Made by a program: the position numbers and the translations under genes. DNA of 64,000 nt. Source: a virus. Taxonomy: Duplodnaviria; Caudoviricetes. The stretch covers positions 1 to 64,000 of IMG/VR virus record IMGVR_UViG_2823817231_000001, one strand, 5' to 3'. Of this stretch, positions 38,411-47,332 are shown piece after piece (the stretch's first letter is position 1; every line of letters starts with the position of its first letter). Under the pieces are notes generated by a model. That model worked only from the letters and a program-made list of their open reading frames with translations. It did not search any database and was not told the origin of the DNA.

Positions 38411-38510
38411 GCTTCTGACTGAATGCGCATGGCTGGTGCTTTACGTCGGCCTCAATGTCGCGGGTGGTTATGCTATTCGCTGGGTGAAAGGGCGCGTCAA
38501 TGGCCAGTAA
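38400..38510 (+). CDS. Single-TM peptide
   Basis: 36 aa, overlaps both neighbours. Confidence 0.4.
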   Translation: MASKLLTECAWLVLYVGLNVAGGYAIRWVKGRVNGQ

Positions 38511-39144
38511 GCCAGCCACCGCGCGCAAGGGTCCGCGTAAACCGATTATCATCACGGCGGCCATGGCCTCGATCCTGATGGGCGTTTACGCGCATGAGGG
38601 CGGCTATGTGAACAACAAGCTGGATCGCGGCGGGGCAACGCGCTGGGGCGTGACGGAAAAGGTCGCGCGCCAGTGGGGCTATCTGGGCGATATGCGCAGC
38701 TTTCCCAAGCATTGCAGCGCGGCCGAGCCGGTGTGTGCCGATCAGATCTATGCGGGCAGCTATATGGCCGATCCGGGCGCGCTGGCCATCATCGACCTTT
38801 CGCCCGCGATCACGGCCGAGCTGGTGGATACCGGCGTCAACATGGGGTCGCAGCGACCATTGCCGTGGTTTCGTGAGGGACTGAACGCGCTGGGCGGCTT
38901 TCGCTTGCCGGTGACTTCGGCGCGGCTTGGCTCGGCCGATGTGCGCGCACTGGCTGGGCTGCGCGCTCGCAAGGGTGGGCTTTGGACCTGTGTGGCCATG
39001 CTCGATTACCTCGATGCGCGGCAGCGCCAGCGGTACGACGCCATCGTGCGGAATAACCCCAGCCAGCAAGTGTTTTACCAGGGCTGGATCAGCCTGAGGA
39101 TCGGGAATGTGGACCGGCGTGAATGCCGGAAGGAGGCGATATGA
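38500..39144 (+). CDS. Endolysin, GH108 family, N-terminal anchor
   Basis: HEGGYVNNKLDRGGATRWGVT, DTGVNMG, FYQGW. Confidence 0.9.
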   Translation: MASKPATARKGPRKPIIITAAMASILMGVYAHEGGYVNNKLDRGGATRWGVTEKVARQWGYLGDMRSFPKHCSAAEPVCADQIYAGSYMADPGALAIIDLSPAITAELVDTGVNMGSQRPLPWFREGLNALGGFRLPVTSARLGSADVRALAGLRARKGGLWTCVAMLDYLDARQRQRYDAIVRNNPSQQVFYQGWISLRIGNVDRRECRKEAI

Positions 39145-39398
39145 TCAACATTTTGAGGCGGACAGTGGGTATTGACAGGGGTGTGATAGAAGGGATCGAC
39201 ATCAGGGATAATGCATTTCCTAATGTATCTGCTGCCGATGATAAATTCGTCGAGGCCCTGCGGCTCATTGCGGAATTGGTCAACGATCTTGACGATCTCT
39301 TAGGCGGTGAGCGCGCGGCCTATCGTATCGCAAGTTCCGCCTCGGCAGTGCGTGATGCGCGGGAATTTCTTGCCGCGCATAATGAGCTTCTGAAGTGA
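39141..39398 (+). CDS. Hypothetical protein inside lysis cassette
   Basis: AGGAGG RBS, lower GC, coupled. Confidence 0.55.
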   Translation: MINILRRTVGIDRGVIEGIDIRDNAFPNVSAADDKFVEALRLIAELVNDLDDLLGGERAAYRIASSASAVRDAREFLAAHNELLK

Positions 39399-39946
39399 TG
39401 CCCATCACCACCATCTGGGCCGCCATCAAGGCATTCGGCATCTGGCAGCGTATCGCCGCCGGGCTGAAATGGCTGTTTGCCAGCCCGGTGCGCCTCTGCC
39501 TCATTCTGGCGATTACTATGGCGGCGGTGGCCTATGCCGAGCATCGCAGCGCGGCGACATGGCGCCAGCGCACTATCAATGTCGTGGCCCAGCTCAGGCG
39601 CGAACGCGCCGCCGCGACTGCCGCCAAGCTGGCCTATGAGGCCAAATCCCGAAAGGATGCCGACCATGCTGACACGAATCACGCCGCGCTTTCCGCTGGC
39701 GGCGCTGGCCGCTTTACCGATTATGCTGCTGGCCACTGGGTGCCACAAAACGCCCCCGCCCATCGCCCCGCCGGTTCCCAAAACCTCGACCCCGCAATTC
39801 CTGAAAACCCCACCACCGACGCCATCATGGCGGAAATCTCCCGCGTCTGGATCACCCGCTCGGACTGGCTGACCTGCGATGCGGATTGGGCCTATGCGCA
39901 GGCCGCGCATGATTGGGCCAAGGTACGGGATGATAATCAGCCCTAG
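39398..39946 (+). CDS. i-spanin (Rz-like)
   Basis: N-terminal TM plus Ala-rich coiled coil. Confidence 0.7.
   Translation: MPITTIWAAIKAFGIWQRIAAGLKWLFASPVRLCLILAITMAAVAYAEHRSAATWRQRTINVVAQLRRERAAATAAKLAYEAKSRKDADHADTNHAALSAGGAGRFTDYAAGHWVPQNAPAHRPAGSQNLDPAIPENPTTDAIMAEISRVWITRSDWLTCDADWAYAQAAHDWAKVRDDNQP
39666..39872 (+). CDS. o-spanin (Rz1-like lipoprotein) embedded in Rz
   Basis: Lipobox LATG-C followed by Pro-rich tail. Confidence 0.7.
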   Translation: MLTRITPRFPLAALAALPIMLLATGCHKTPPPIAPPVPKTSTPQFLKTPPPTPSWRKSPASGSPARTG

Positions 39947-40230
39947 TCGCTGGAAATCCACCGATCAAAATGTTCATTATCCGCAAGATGCCGCATGACA
40001 CCGTTCAAAAACATGAACCTGTTCCAACCATTGCAGCCGGGCGTCAGGCGGCATCGGCACCGGCGATTGACCAGCGAATAATCCCGGCCGACCTTCTCGG
40101 CCAGCGTGGTCATGTCATCGCGGGTAAAGGGGCGGAACACTTTGCAGTCCATGCAAAACACCTGAATGACCGCCTCTTCGTCGATCATTGCGCCCAAGGT
40201 CAGAGCCCATGTCGGTATGGTTTTAGTCAT
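39943..40230 (-). CDS. SOS-boxed small Cys-rich protein
   Basis: CMDC...CRC...C; LexA box upstream. Confidence 0.7.
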   Translation of the reverse strand: MTKTIPTWALTLGAMIDEEAVIQVFCMDCKVFRPFTRDDMTTLAEKVGRDYSLVNRRCRCRLTPGCNGWNRFMFLNGVMRHLADNEHFDRWISSD

Positions 40231-40240
40231 GCCCAAACGT

Positions 40241-40255
40241 GAACGAACGTGGAAC
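40241..40255 (-). promoter_or_regulatory. Alphaproteobacterial LexA box GTTC-N7-GTTC
   Basis: GAACGAACGTGGAAC on plus strand; TTGCCA -35 at 40264-40259. Confidence 0.75.
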
Positions 40256-40431
40256 ATATGGCAACGATTCTTGTGAGAATGGGGCGCGCAAATTGAATGG
40301 TGCCCCGGCATCGCAGGGCGCCAAAAACCACTAAAAAGGTTAGACATGTCCCCGCGCGACTCGCAGGGCCGCATAGGCAAGCTTTTTCGGGTTAGGCAAA
40401 CGAAGCTATTGTTTGAAAACGCTTGTTGTTT

Positions 40432-40448
40432 TCCTGCCGGGCCCACCA
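40432..40448 (+). repeat. attR of prophage 1: tRNA 3'-end fragment
   Basis: TCCTGCCGGGCCCACCA = 3' T-stem, acceptor strand and CCA with no upstream tRNA body. Confidence 0.7.
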
Positions 40449-40487
40449 TGATAACTGGCGCAAGCTGTATAAATTGCAGTTTTCCCC

Positions 40488-40516
40488 TTGCGCTAAATGC
40501 CCAGCAATTCTAGGGG
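40488..40516 (+). promoter_or_regulatory. Promoter of the tRNA-Pro gene
   Basis: TTGCGC-N17-TAGGGG, 11 nt upstream of tRNA start. Confidence 0.6.
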
Positions 40517-40527
40517 CGTGGCGGTGT

Positions 40528-40570
<43 letters not shown>

Positions 40571-40573
40571 GTT

Positions 40574-41755
40574 TCATTTGACCCTCCTAAGGCGCGGTTT
40601 TCCGCCATTTTCTGAAACACTGGTGTCAATCACTTCGGGACTATTCCGGGACTGCTGAGCATTCTCCATGGTTGCGAGCAAATCTGCGTCCGTCACATGG
40701 GCATAACGCGCGGTCGTTTCGATGCGCGTGTGGCCGAGCAGTTTCTGGGCGGCCTTGAGGTTTCCGCTGTCGCGTACAAGGCGCGTGGCGGTCGTGTGGC
40801 GCAGATCGTGGAAGCGGAAATCCTTGATGCCCGAATCTGCCAGCGCCCGCCGCCATTGCCTGTCCCAGCCCTGCGCGCTGTAAGGGTAGCGTTCGCCCTT
40901 GAGCCGTCCCACGCGGTCACCACGGCGCGGCGAGGCGCGCTTGCAAACATAGGTGAATACGTGAGCCCCTGCGCGCGGGCGGTTGGCCAGAATTTCGAGC
41001 ATCCGCTGCGTCAGGGGAAAGGTGTGCCACACGCCGCCCTTGGTATAGACCGAGGCCGTGCCGCGCTTGAAATCCACCTTGGACCAGATCAGCGTCACCA
41101 ACGCATTCTTGCGCGCGCCGGACAGCAGGGCGAACTCGACCAGATCGGCCAGGTCGTTGTCGCTCTCGCGCAGCGTCTTGAACAGCGCGGCCTCTTCTTC
41201 CTCGCTGGCCTCGCGCACCCGCTCTTCGCTCTCGCGCAGCTTGTGCTTGGTCCACTCGATTTCGCCCACCCGATAACGGGCTGACAGGAAGCGGATCACT
41301 CGCTTGAGCAATTCGACTTCGCGGTTGACGGTCGCGCTCGACACCGGAGGCGGGGGCGGCAGAGACTTAGCCCCCTTCCCGCGCGGCTTCTTGGCGCCGC
41401 GATTCTTCACCCGCTCAGACCGGCGCACCGCAACAAACCGGCTAAGGGTCAGGTCGTCGATTTCATGGATCGGCATCCGGCCGCCGATGAGTCGGATCAG
41501 GTTGCCAAGCTGGTATTCGGTGGTCTTGGCCGCCTTGTCGAACTGCCCCTTGTCGCCCCAATAGAGGCCCGCGCCCTCGTCCAGAGTGATCGACGGCTTC
41601 TCGCGCTTGCCTGAGGCAATCTCGGTGCGCAGGTCGCGCTCGAAGCGTTCCGCGTCACGCTTGGCCGCGCAATGGGTTGAGCCATGATAGCGAACGCCCT
41701 TCATCTGGAAGTCGTAATGGTAATAGGGGCTGTTCTTTGGCCGATAGAGCGACAT
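40574..41755 (-). CDS. int: Tyrosine integrase
   Basis: SGAR, FHDLRHT, LLGH, TARYAH catalytic motifs. Confidence 0.95.
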   Translation of the reverse strand: MSLYRPKNSPYYHYDFQMKGVRYHGSTHCAAKRDAERFERDLRTEIASGKREKPSITLDEGAGLYWGDKGQFDKAAKTTEYQLGNLIRLIGGRMPIHEIDDLTLSRFVAVRRSERVKNRGAKKPRGKGAKSLPPPPPVSSATVNREVELLKRVIRFLSARYRVGEIEWTKHKLRESEERVREASEEEEAALFKTLRESDNDLADLVEFALLSGARKNALVTLIWSKVDFKRGTASVYTKGGVWHTFPLTQRMLEILANRPRAGAHVFTYVCKRASPRRGDRVGRLKGERYPYSAQGWDRQWRRALADSGIKDFRFHDLRHTTATRLVRDSGNLKAAQKLLGHTRIETTARYAHVTDADLLATMENAQQSRNSPEVIDTSVSENGGKPRLRRVK

Positions 41756-41758
41756 GGA

Positions 41759-42037
41759 TCAGACCTTCTTGCGCTGGGTGAACGGGACAACCTTCCCGCT
41801 GGGCGTTGCGCTGATGGAGCGGCGGCGCGTCTTGCCTTGCGGCTTCACTTCGACAGGCGGCGTCTCGACGCGAACGCGGGCCTCAACATACTCCGCAAGA
41901 TCGTCCTCACGATAGGCGATCTTGCGGGCGGTAATGGCCACATAGCGGATGCGACCGTGCTGGCGCAGATCGCGCAATGACCTGGGCGACATGCGCAGGC
42001 GGCTTGCTGCTTCTTCCTCGGTAAGCAAAATGTTCAA
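41759..42037 (-). CDS. xis: Excisionase (HTH)
   Basis: LLTEEEAASRLRMSPRSL...IAYREDDL, next to integrase. Confidence 0.8.
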   Translation of the reverse strand: MNILLTEEEAASRLRMSPRSLRDLRQHGRIRYVAITARKIAYREDDLAEYVEARVRVETPPVEVKPQGKTRRRSISATPSGKVVPFTQRKKV

Positions 42038-42420
42038 GCCGCCCTCCCCATTTGCAAAACCTCGATCTCTGCGCGCAGGCGCTTGATGATCCGCCGCTCA
42101 TGCCCGTCACGCGTCAGGATCGGTTCTTCGCCCAGCGCCAGCGCGCGGCGCTCGATGTTCTTCATTCCCATCCGGCAAACCGTGAGGCTCTTTTCATGGC
42201 CCCGAAATCGGGTGTCGCTGTGGGTTCCGGCAATCTTGGCCGCCTCAACCTCGCTCACAAGGCGGTCGAACTCGGCATAGAAAAGCCCATGCCATTCGCG
42301 CAGGAGAGCGATGCTGTTGCAGGCTGCGATGGCGGTGGGGGTGATGCTGTAGGGTGTCATAATCTCAACCGGGCGGCTTGTTGGGCGCGCCCGGCTCCCT
42401 TGGGGTGATGGGTTAGGCAA
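42034..42420 (-). CDS. Hypothetical protein
   Basis: Coupled to xis; start uncertain (42360 or 42420). Confidence 0.55.
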   Translation of the reverse strand: MPNPSPQGSRARPTSRPVEIMTPYSITPTAIAACNSIALLREWHGLFYAEFDRLVSEVEAAKIAGTHSDTRFRGHEKSLTVCRMGMKNIERRALALGEEPILTRDGHERRIIKRLRAEIEVLQMGRAA

Positions 42421-42438
42421 GCGGCGTCTTGAACTCGC

Positions 42439-43374
42439 TCACTTGAGCAAAGCCGCCCGCTTGGCGGCGACAGCATCCGTCAGACCGCCCCAAACATCAT
42501 TGGGCAGCGCTTCCTTGTTGCGGTCCATATCGGCTTCAACCGCGCGCAGATCGGCGGGCTTCGCGGCGGCCTCGATGCGCTCGAAAGTGGTTTCCAGCCA
42601 ACCGGCATAAGCGGGCGCTTCGTCGGCGTCGTCATGCTGGTCGCCTTGCGGTTCGTCGGTTCGACTATCAGCAGCGGCCGGACTATCCTCGCCCAGCGCC
42701 CCGTCATTGGCTGGCTGCGCTTCGATAGTCTCCCCCTTGGCCTGCTCGATCAGCATGGCGCCGGTCAGGGGAGATTGGACTTCCACCGATGCCGCCCCAG
42801 CCATGGACTGATAATCGCGCGCCTCTTCCGCAATATGGAGCCCTTTCAGAACATCGGAAAAGCCATCGCGCATTGCCCATGCGCGGGCGCGCATCTGGCG
42901 CATCCGCTGGGGGTATTGCGACCACGGCCCAGACTTGCCGGACAGGCCAGCTTTCTTGGCATCCTCCTGGCTGAAAGTTCGCACAATCGGCGTGGTCCGA
43001 CCTTTGCGGACAAGGCGGCAGGTTGCCACATTACCATCGTCAAACTCTTCCATATCCTCCAGCAGGCCGGATGCCTGAACCAGCGCCAGCGCACCATCAC
43101 CCCAGAGCGATGGGTTATTGCCAATCACGGCAATGGATTGAAGGGCGGCAAATGGCGTCAGGCCGACTTCGGCACCGGCCATGATGCCGACCATGATCTT
43201 GTTCTGGTCATTGCCATAGGCTTTGGGCGTCATACCCGAAGCAGCCAGCGCGCCCGACAGGCGCCACGCTTCTTCCATGGTCTGGGGCACGAAGGCTGCG
43301 AGTTTACCGCCGCTGGAGACAGCCACCTTTGCCGGGGCCTTGGGTTGTTCGGTGGTGACAAGCTGGGTGGCCAT
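42439..43374 (-). CDS. RecT-like single-strand annealing protein
   Basis: GAEVGLTPFAALQSIAVIGNNPSLWGD, DAKKAGL, WSQYPQRM. Confidence 0.85.
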   Translation of the reverse strand: MATQLVTTEQPKAPAKVAVSSGGKLAAFVPQTMEEAWRLSGALAASGMTPKAYGNDQNKIMVGIMAGAEVGLTPFAALQSIAVIGNNPSLWGDGALALVQASGLLEDMEEFDDGNVATCRLVRKGRTTPIVRTFSQEDAKKAGLSGKSGPWSQYPQRMRQMRARAWAMRDGFSDVLKGLHIAEEARDYQSMAGAASVEVQSPLTGAMLIEQAKGETIEAQPANDGALGEDSPAAADSRTDEPQGDQHDDADEAPAYAGWLETTFERIEAAAKPADLRAVEADMDRNKEALPNDVWGGLTDAVAAKRAALLK

Positions 43375-43385
43375 TGGGGTTTCCT

Positions 43386-44315
43386 TCAAGCTGCGGCCGC
43401 AAAGGCCATTTCTTCGGGGTTCAGATCGTCGATGCGCATCCGCGCCCAGATCGGCAGGCCGACTTGCTTGGGATCGTCGGCATAACCGGGCCATTTCCCG
43501 GTTTGCAGGCAGCGGTCGAACAGGTTGATGGCGCGGCGGTTCAGCACACGCCCGCGCTCGATATCCTCGCCGGGAAGCTCGTAGAGAGCGACACAGTGCG
43601 GCGCGTCACGCTCGACTACCACATGCACCCAATGGGTCGGATAGTGGCCGTAAACCGCCTTGATGCCGTCCATGTAGAACGCTGCGCTCTGGTGATAGCC
43701 GAAGTTATCAATGGCGCGCTCAAAGCCCTTGGGGCTGGCGTTGCTCTCAGCCACGAATTTCAGGTCGGAGACGACCATCACCGCCCGCTTGGTCAAGATA
43801 CTGTGGGGGCGGAAATCGGGCCGCGCGCGAAGCCACACGCCGGTCTGCGGATCTTGCCAAGCCAGCGTTTCCTCGGTCACGCCGTTGGTCAGCGTGGCCA
43901 CGGCCAGATCATTCTTGCGGATCGCGGCGGCAACCTGCTTGACCGTTTCGGCCTGGTCGAAAGACAGCACCACCATGCCGCTTTCCTGCGCGGCATCGGC
44001 TTCGGCAATTTCCAAGGCAAACTTCTTGCTGGCGGCGCGCGTGAAGCCCTCTGGGGTCACATGGTAAAACTCGTTCCAGCGCTCCGGCAGCAGGATCATA
44101 TCATGCGCGGCCTTGCCGAAATTGAAGTGCGCCTTCTGCACCTCGACGCGCGCCGGGTTCATCGGGCTTGCGTGCCAGAAGTGAAACGGCGACTTGGTGA
44201 GCAGCATCTTCGCGCCGCTCGATGAAAGCGAGGGGCCGGGCAGAAGATCGGGGTTGCCGTGGTAATCCTCGGCGGGAATGTCGGGATAAGCGCCGGGGGC
44301 GGTGATGAGAGGCAT
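43386..44315 (-). CDS. RecE/exonuclease VIII-like PD-(D/E)XK nuclease
   Basis: LSSSGAK, FGKAAH, RARPDF, DLKF, YHQSAAFY. Confidence 0.88.
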   Translation of the reverse strand: MPLITAPGAYPDIPAEDYHGNPDLLPGPSLSSSGAKMLLTKSPFHFWHASPMNPARVEVQKAHFNFGKAAHDMILLPERWNEFYHVTPEGFTRAASKKFALEIAEADAAQESGMVVLSFDQAETVKQVAAAIRKNDLAVATLTNGVTEETLAWQDPQTGVWLRARPDFRPHSILTKRAVMVVSDLKFVAESNASPKGFERAIDNFGYHQSAAFYMDGIKAVYGHYPTHWVHVVVERDAPHCVALYELPGEDIERGRVLNRRAINLFDRCLQTGKWPGYADDPKQVGLPIWARMRIDDLNPEEMAFAAAA

Positions 44316-44396
44316 AGCTCTATCCTCGAAAGGGTTTGCCGGTGGCCTGTGGATGGCAGAGCCACCGGCGTTCGGGCTTGGATCAGGTGCCCGAAA

Positions 44397-44528
44397 TCAG
44401 TTGGGGGTGACGAGCCAGAGCCCGGCAATCGTGCCAAACAGCACGCCGACAATGAGCAGACCGGCGACCATTTCGGCGGGCGTCTGGCTCATGAACAGCG
44501 CATAGGCGGCGCGCAGGTCGTCACGCAT
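44397..44528 (-). CDS. Small membrane peptide
   Basis: 43 aa MRDDLRAAY...VAGLLIVGVLFGTIAGLWLV read from sequence. Confidence 0.5.
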   Translation of the reverse strand: MRDDLRAAYALFMSQTPAEMVAGLLIVGVLFGTIAGLWLVTPN

Positions 44529-44745
44529 CGATGTGGTCGTGCCTTTGGCGGGCAAGGAAGGCCTCGCCGGGCAGGTAGTCGATGCCGAAAATGCGCAGGC
44601 GCCTGGACACCTGGCGCAAATGGTCGGTCGCCTCGGAAAGCTGGCGCTGCATTGCGGCGATCTTATTGCCGGCCATCATGGCGGCCATGAAAAAGCCAAA
44701 GGTTGCCCCGCCAGCGATCAGCCCAAAGGTGGTGAGGATGCTCAT
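44521..44745 (-). CDS. Small membrane-anchored protein
   Basis: N-terminal TM; coupled. Confidence 0.55.
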   Translation of the reverse strand: MSILTTFGLIAGGATFGFFMAAMMAGNKIAAMQRQLSEATDHLRQVSRRLRIFGIDYLPGEAFLARQRHDHIDA

Positions 44746-45026
44746 GCAGCCCACTCCCGTTCAAGCTGGGCGCGGCGGGCGGCGGGCATGGCGGCAAGGT
44801 GCGCCTGCGCATCGACCATAGCGGCATCCAGTTCGGCCTCATAGGCGTCGATCAGGCCCAGCAGCGCGGGCTTGGTCAAAGCCCAAAGTTGCTCCTCATA
44901 ATCGCCGTTGAAAGCGGACCAGCCCACCAGACCGGCGCCGTCCAGCGCCCAGCCGCGATAGGTCGGCGCGTTATAGGCGCTGCCCTCGATGTGAGGCAGC
45001 GTGAAAGCATGGTGCTTGCCCATCAT
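44742..45026 (-). CDS. Hypothetical protein
   Basis: Coupled ORF. Confidence 0.55.
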   Translation of the reverse strand: MMGKHHAFTLPHIEGSAYNAPTYRGWALDGAGLVGWSAFNGDYEEQLWALTKPALLGLIDAYEAELDAAMVDAQAHLAAMPAARRAQLEREWAA

Positions 45027-45208
45027 GCCACCTCCAGATTGACGAAGCGGTTGCGGTGAAAGGCGACCTTCCAGCGGCGCAGGATCAGCGGGATTTCCAT
45101 CGCATCGACGGCGGCGGCGATCTCCTGGGTGAACTCGCGGAACTCGTCGTTGCTCAGCCAATCGGCCAGCGAGGCCGCGCGGATGACGGCGATCTGGCTT
45201 TCCATCAC
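45023..45208 (-). CDS. Hypothetical protein
   Basis: Coupled ORF. Confidence 0.55.
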   Translation of the reverse strand: MMESQIAVIRAASLADWLSNDEFREFTQEIAAAVDAMEIPLILRRWKVAFHRNRFVNLEVA

Positions 45209-45444
45209 GCGGCCTCCGCTTCGATGCAGTTGGCATGGTCGATCAGGTCAAAGCAGCCCTCGGCGCTGTCCTCAAAGCCCTGCAAAAGGCCCCTCGCCTC
45301 GTCGGCAAAGGCGGTGTCGTTCAAGCCGTCTGCGAGGCGAACGAGGTTTTCAAGGTTTTGGCGGGCAGCGCGCAGGTAGTGATCGAACACCAGGCCGGTT
45401 GCGATCAGCGGAACCTGTGCGGGAAAATGGGTGTGGGCGTTCAT
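45205..45444 (-). CDS. First gene of leftward operon, hypothetical
   Basis: GGAGG RBS. Confidence 0.6.
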   Translation of the reverse strand: MNAHTHFPAQVPLIATGLVFDHYLRAARQNLENLVRLADGLNDTAFADEARGLLQGFEDSAEGCFDLIDHANCIEAEAA

Positions 45445-45507
45445 AGGTGAAACCTCCATCGAGGCGGCGAGGTCTGCGCTGGTGGCTCACTCGCTGCTGA
45501 TGGAAAA

Positions 45508-45550
45508 ATGCTACGTTTTTCGTAGTTTCAAGTCAATACGTTTTTCGTAG
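45508..45550 (-). promoter_or_regulatory. PL with two operators CTACG-N5-CGTAG (45511-45525, 45536-45550)
   Basis: TTGACT-N17-TAGCAT on minus strand overlapped by palindromes. Confidence 0.82.
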
Positions 45551-45622
45551 CGCCATGAAGAAAATTCCTGCTACACCCGCCATACGAAAAGGGCCCCGCG
45601 CGGGGGCCTTGGAGAAACGGTG

Positions 45623-45796
45623 ATGCGGAAGATCATGGAGCCGATCTGGGCGTGGCTGCTGCGGGCGGCCCCGACCTATGCGCTGCAATATGCGCTCAAT
45701 GGGCGCGCAGGCGTGAACGCGCGGCTTTTGCTGCCGGGGGAGGCACTGGACCTGCGGGTAGAGGGCGTGTGCTGGGTGACGGTGAATGAGGATTAG
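45623..45796 (+). CDS. Small hypothetical protein
   Basis: 57 aa MRKIMEPIWAWLL..., GGAGA RBS. Confidence 0.4.
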   Translation: MRKIMEPIWAWLLRAAPTYALQYALNGRAGVNARLLLPGEALDLRVEGVCWVTVNED

Positions 45797-45987
45797 CAGT
45801 GGTATCGGTCAGCTATGAACGCGTTGAAGTATCGCCCCGGCGATCCAGCGGCTAGGAGGCCTTGCCAAATTTCTAGCGGCACCCCGCAATAATCATAGCT
45901 ATGACCCTGAGGAAACCAGATCGTGAGCCGACCTGTTGCCTCATCGTACTCGGCGCGCTTGATGGCTGATGAATTGAAGTACGGCAT
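45793..45987 (-). CDS. KTSC domain protein
   Basis: SSAIKRAEYD...LTIWF..G.SYDY.GVP...LLAA.S.GRYFN.FI. Confidence 0.85.
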   Translation of the reverse strand: MPYFNSSAIKRAEYDEATGRLTIWFPQGHSYDYCGVPLEIWQGLLAAGSPGRYFNAFIADRYHC

Positions 45988-46038
45988 TTACCCCCCGGCA
46001 TCCGATCGATTCCCCAATAGCATAGCATACTTACGGAC

Positions 46039-46068
46039 AAAAACCCCGCCGAGCAGGGCTGGGCGGGG
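46039..46068 (-). terminator. Terminator after three-gene cassette
   Basis: A5-CCCCGCC...GGCGGGG. Confidence 0.55.
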
Positions 46069-46088
46069 CACAGATCATTGGATTCAAA

Positions 46089-46511
46089 TTAGTCCACAAC
46101 CGGAACATTTGAACTAACAAATGATATTTCTCTCGTAAACGTATCACCAAGAACAGTCACAGTAGCAACAATTGACAGACCCGCATGAACCTTTATTGAT
46201 CCAAATTCAGCCAAAATATTTCCGTTCTGGATAATACCTCTTTCGCCAGGGTCCATAGGTATAGTCAAAAGTGGAGGAAGCGCGGGCAAATCTGAAACAG
46301 ACTTATTCGATTTTGCGGTAATTTCGATAGTCGCCTCAACCGGCTCATCCGATATGTAGCGAATTATGGCGCCAACTGTGAACGACTTTACGTAACCGGA
46401 ATCCCCTTCGATGATAGCTTGGGTTCCGTGCAACCCCATTAAGCTCAAACGCCCCCCCAGCTCATGGCGAACGTCATCACAGAAAAAGATAAATACTTCA
46501 GGCTTTTCCAT
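46089..46511 (-). CDS. Beta-rich hypothetical protein (DUF6941-like)
   Basis: FFCDDVRHELGGRLSLMG N-terminal motif. Confidence 0.65.
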   Translation of the reverse strand: MEKPEVFIFFCDDVRHELGGRLSLMGLHGTQAIIEGDSGYVKSFTVGAIIRYISDEPVEATIEITAKSNKSVSDLPALPPLLTIPMDPGERGIIQNGNILAEFGSIKVHAGLSIVATVTVLGDTFTREISFVSSNVPVVD

Positions 46512-46959
46512 TTTCGATTGCCCTGAACAGTTCATTTGGCTCGACAGACAAAGACGAAGACAGCAATTTGAGCTTCTCATAGCTCAACTCGCGAGTGCCC
46601 CGCTCATACTCTGAAACAGCAGCTTGTGATGTTCCCAAAAGAACCCCGAGCTGCGTCTGCGACAGGCCGCTGCGTATACGGAGTGAACGAAGGGTTTCTC
46701 CACCGGCGGACCGAGCAAACGCTTCAGCCAACTCCAAGCTGACATCTTCAAGATGCTCAGCCACGTCTGGGAGGCTCAGGACCTCATCTAGAAACGAATC
46801 CAGATCCTGCCGACTATCAAGCGATGCAACACCGTTCCACTTCAGAACATACATGACTCGATTGTCGGGAGATCTGACATAATCCCCGCCCCGAGCCTGA
46901 CCAGCCCTAACCGTAACCGGATAGCCGCTTGAATCAGCGATGCGTGAAAATGTGTTCAT
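46498..46959 (-). CDS. XRE HTH antitoxin-like protein
   Basis: LRSLRIRSGLSQTQLGVLLGTSQAAVSEYERG. Confidence 0.8.
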   Translation of the reverse strand: MNTFSRIADSSGYPVTVRAGQARGGDYVRSPDNRVMYVLKWNGVASLDSRQDLDSFLDEVLSLPDVAEHLEDVSLELAEAFARSAGGETLRSLRIRSGLSQTQLGVLLGTSQAAVSEYERGTRELSYEKLKLLSSSLSVEPNELFRAIENGKA

Positions 46960-47332
46960 TGAATTCTCTTTCAATTCTCGCCCAAAGGACGGGGTCATTC
47001 TCATAATCTGCAGAACGCGGCATAATCGAAAAAAGACCAATGCGAGCGGTCCTTTGATCATGCACCCAAATCAAGCGCCATTGAGAGTGATGGACAAGCT
47101 TTACGCGATAAGCATCTATCCGCTTGCTCTGCAAACTTACCAGAGCCATGACATCTTTAACAACGCCATCGGAATAATCCTCATCGATCATACATTCCAA
47201 AAATGCAGCATCGTCCTTTAGCTCGCGTATCATCAAAGCCAGAGTCGCAGCTGCTCTCGCATCCGCCTCTCGACATGCGTGAAAGTCGGCAATCGCCCCT
47301 TGGGTAATCAGGAACTGATAGTCGACCGCCAC
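46934..47332 (-). CDS. RelE/HigB-like toxin
   Basis: YQFLITQGAIADF; YRVKL...WRLIWVHD...LFSIMPRSADY. Confidence 0.65.
   Translation of the reverse strand: MAVDYQFLITQGAIADFHACREADARAAATLALMIRELKDDAAFLECMIDEDYSDGVVKDVMALVSLQSKRIDAYRVKLVHHSQWRLIWVHDQRTARIGLFSIMPRSADYENDPVLWARIEREFNEHIFTHR

Larger units (their letters stand above)
1..40448. mobile_element. Prophage 1, HK97-like temperate siphovirus (left end and integrase outside window)
   Basis: Contiguous early, immunity, replication, packaging, head, tail and lysis modules ending at a tRNA 3'-end fragment. Confidence 0.95.
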
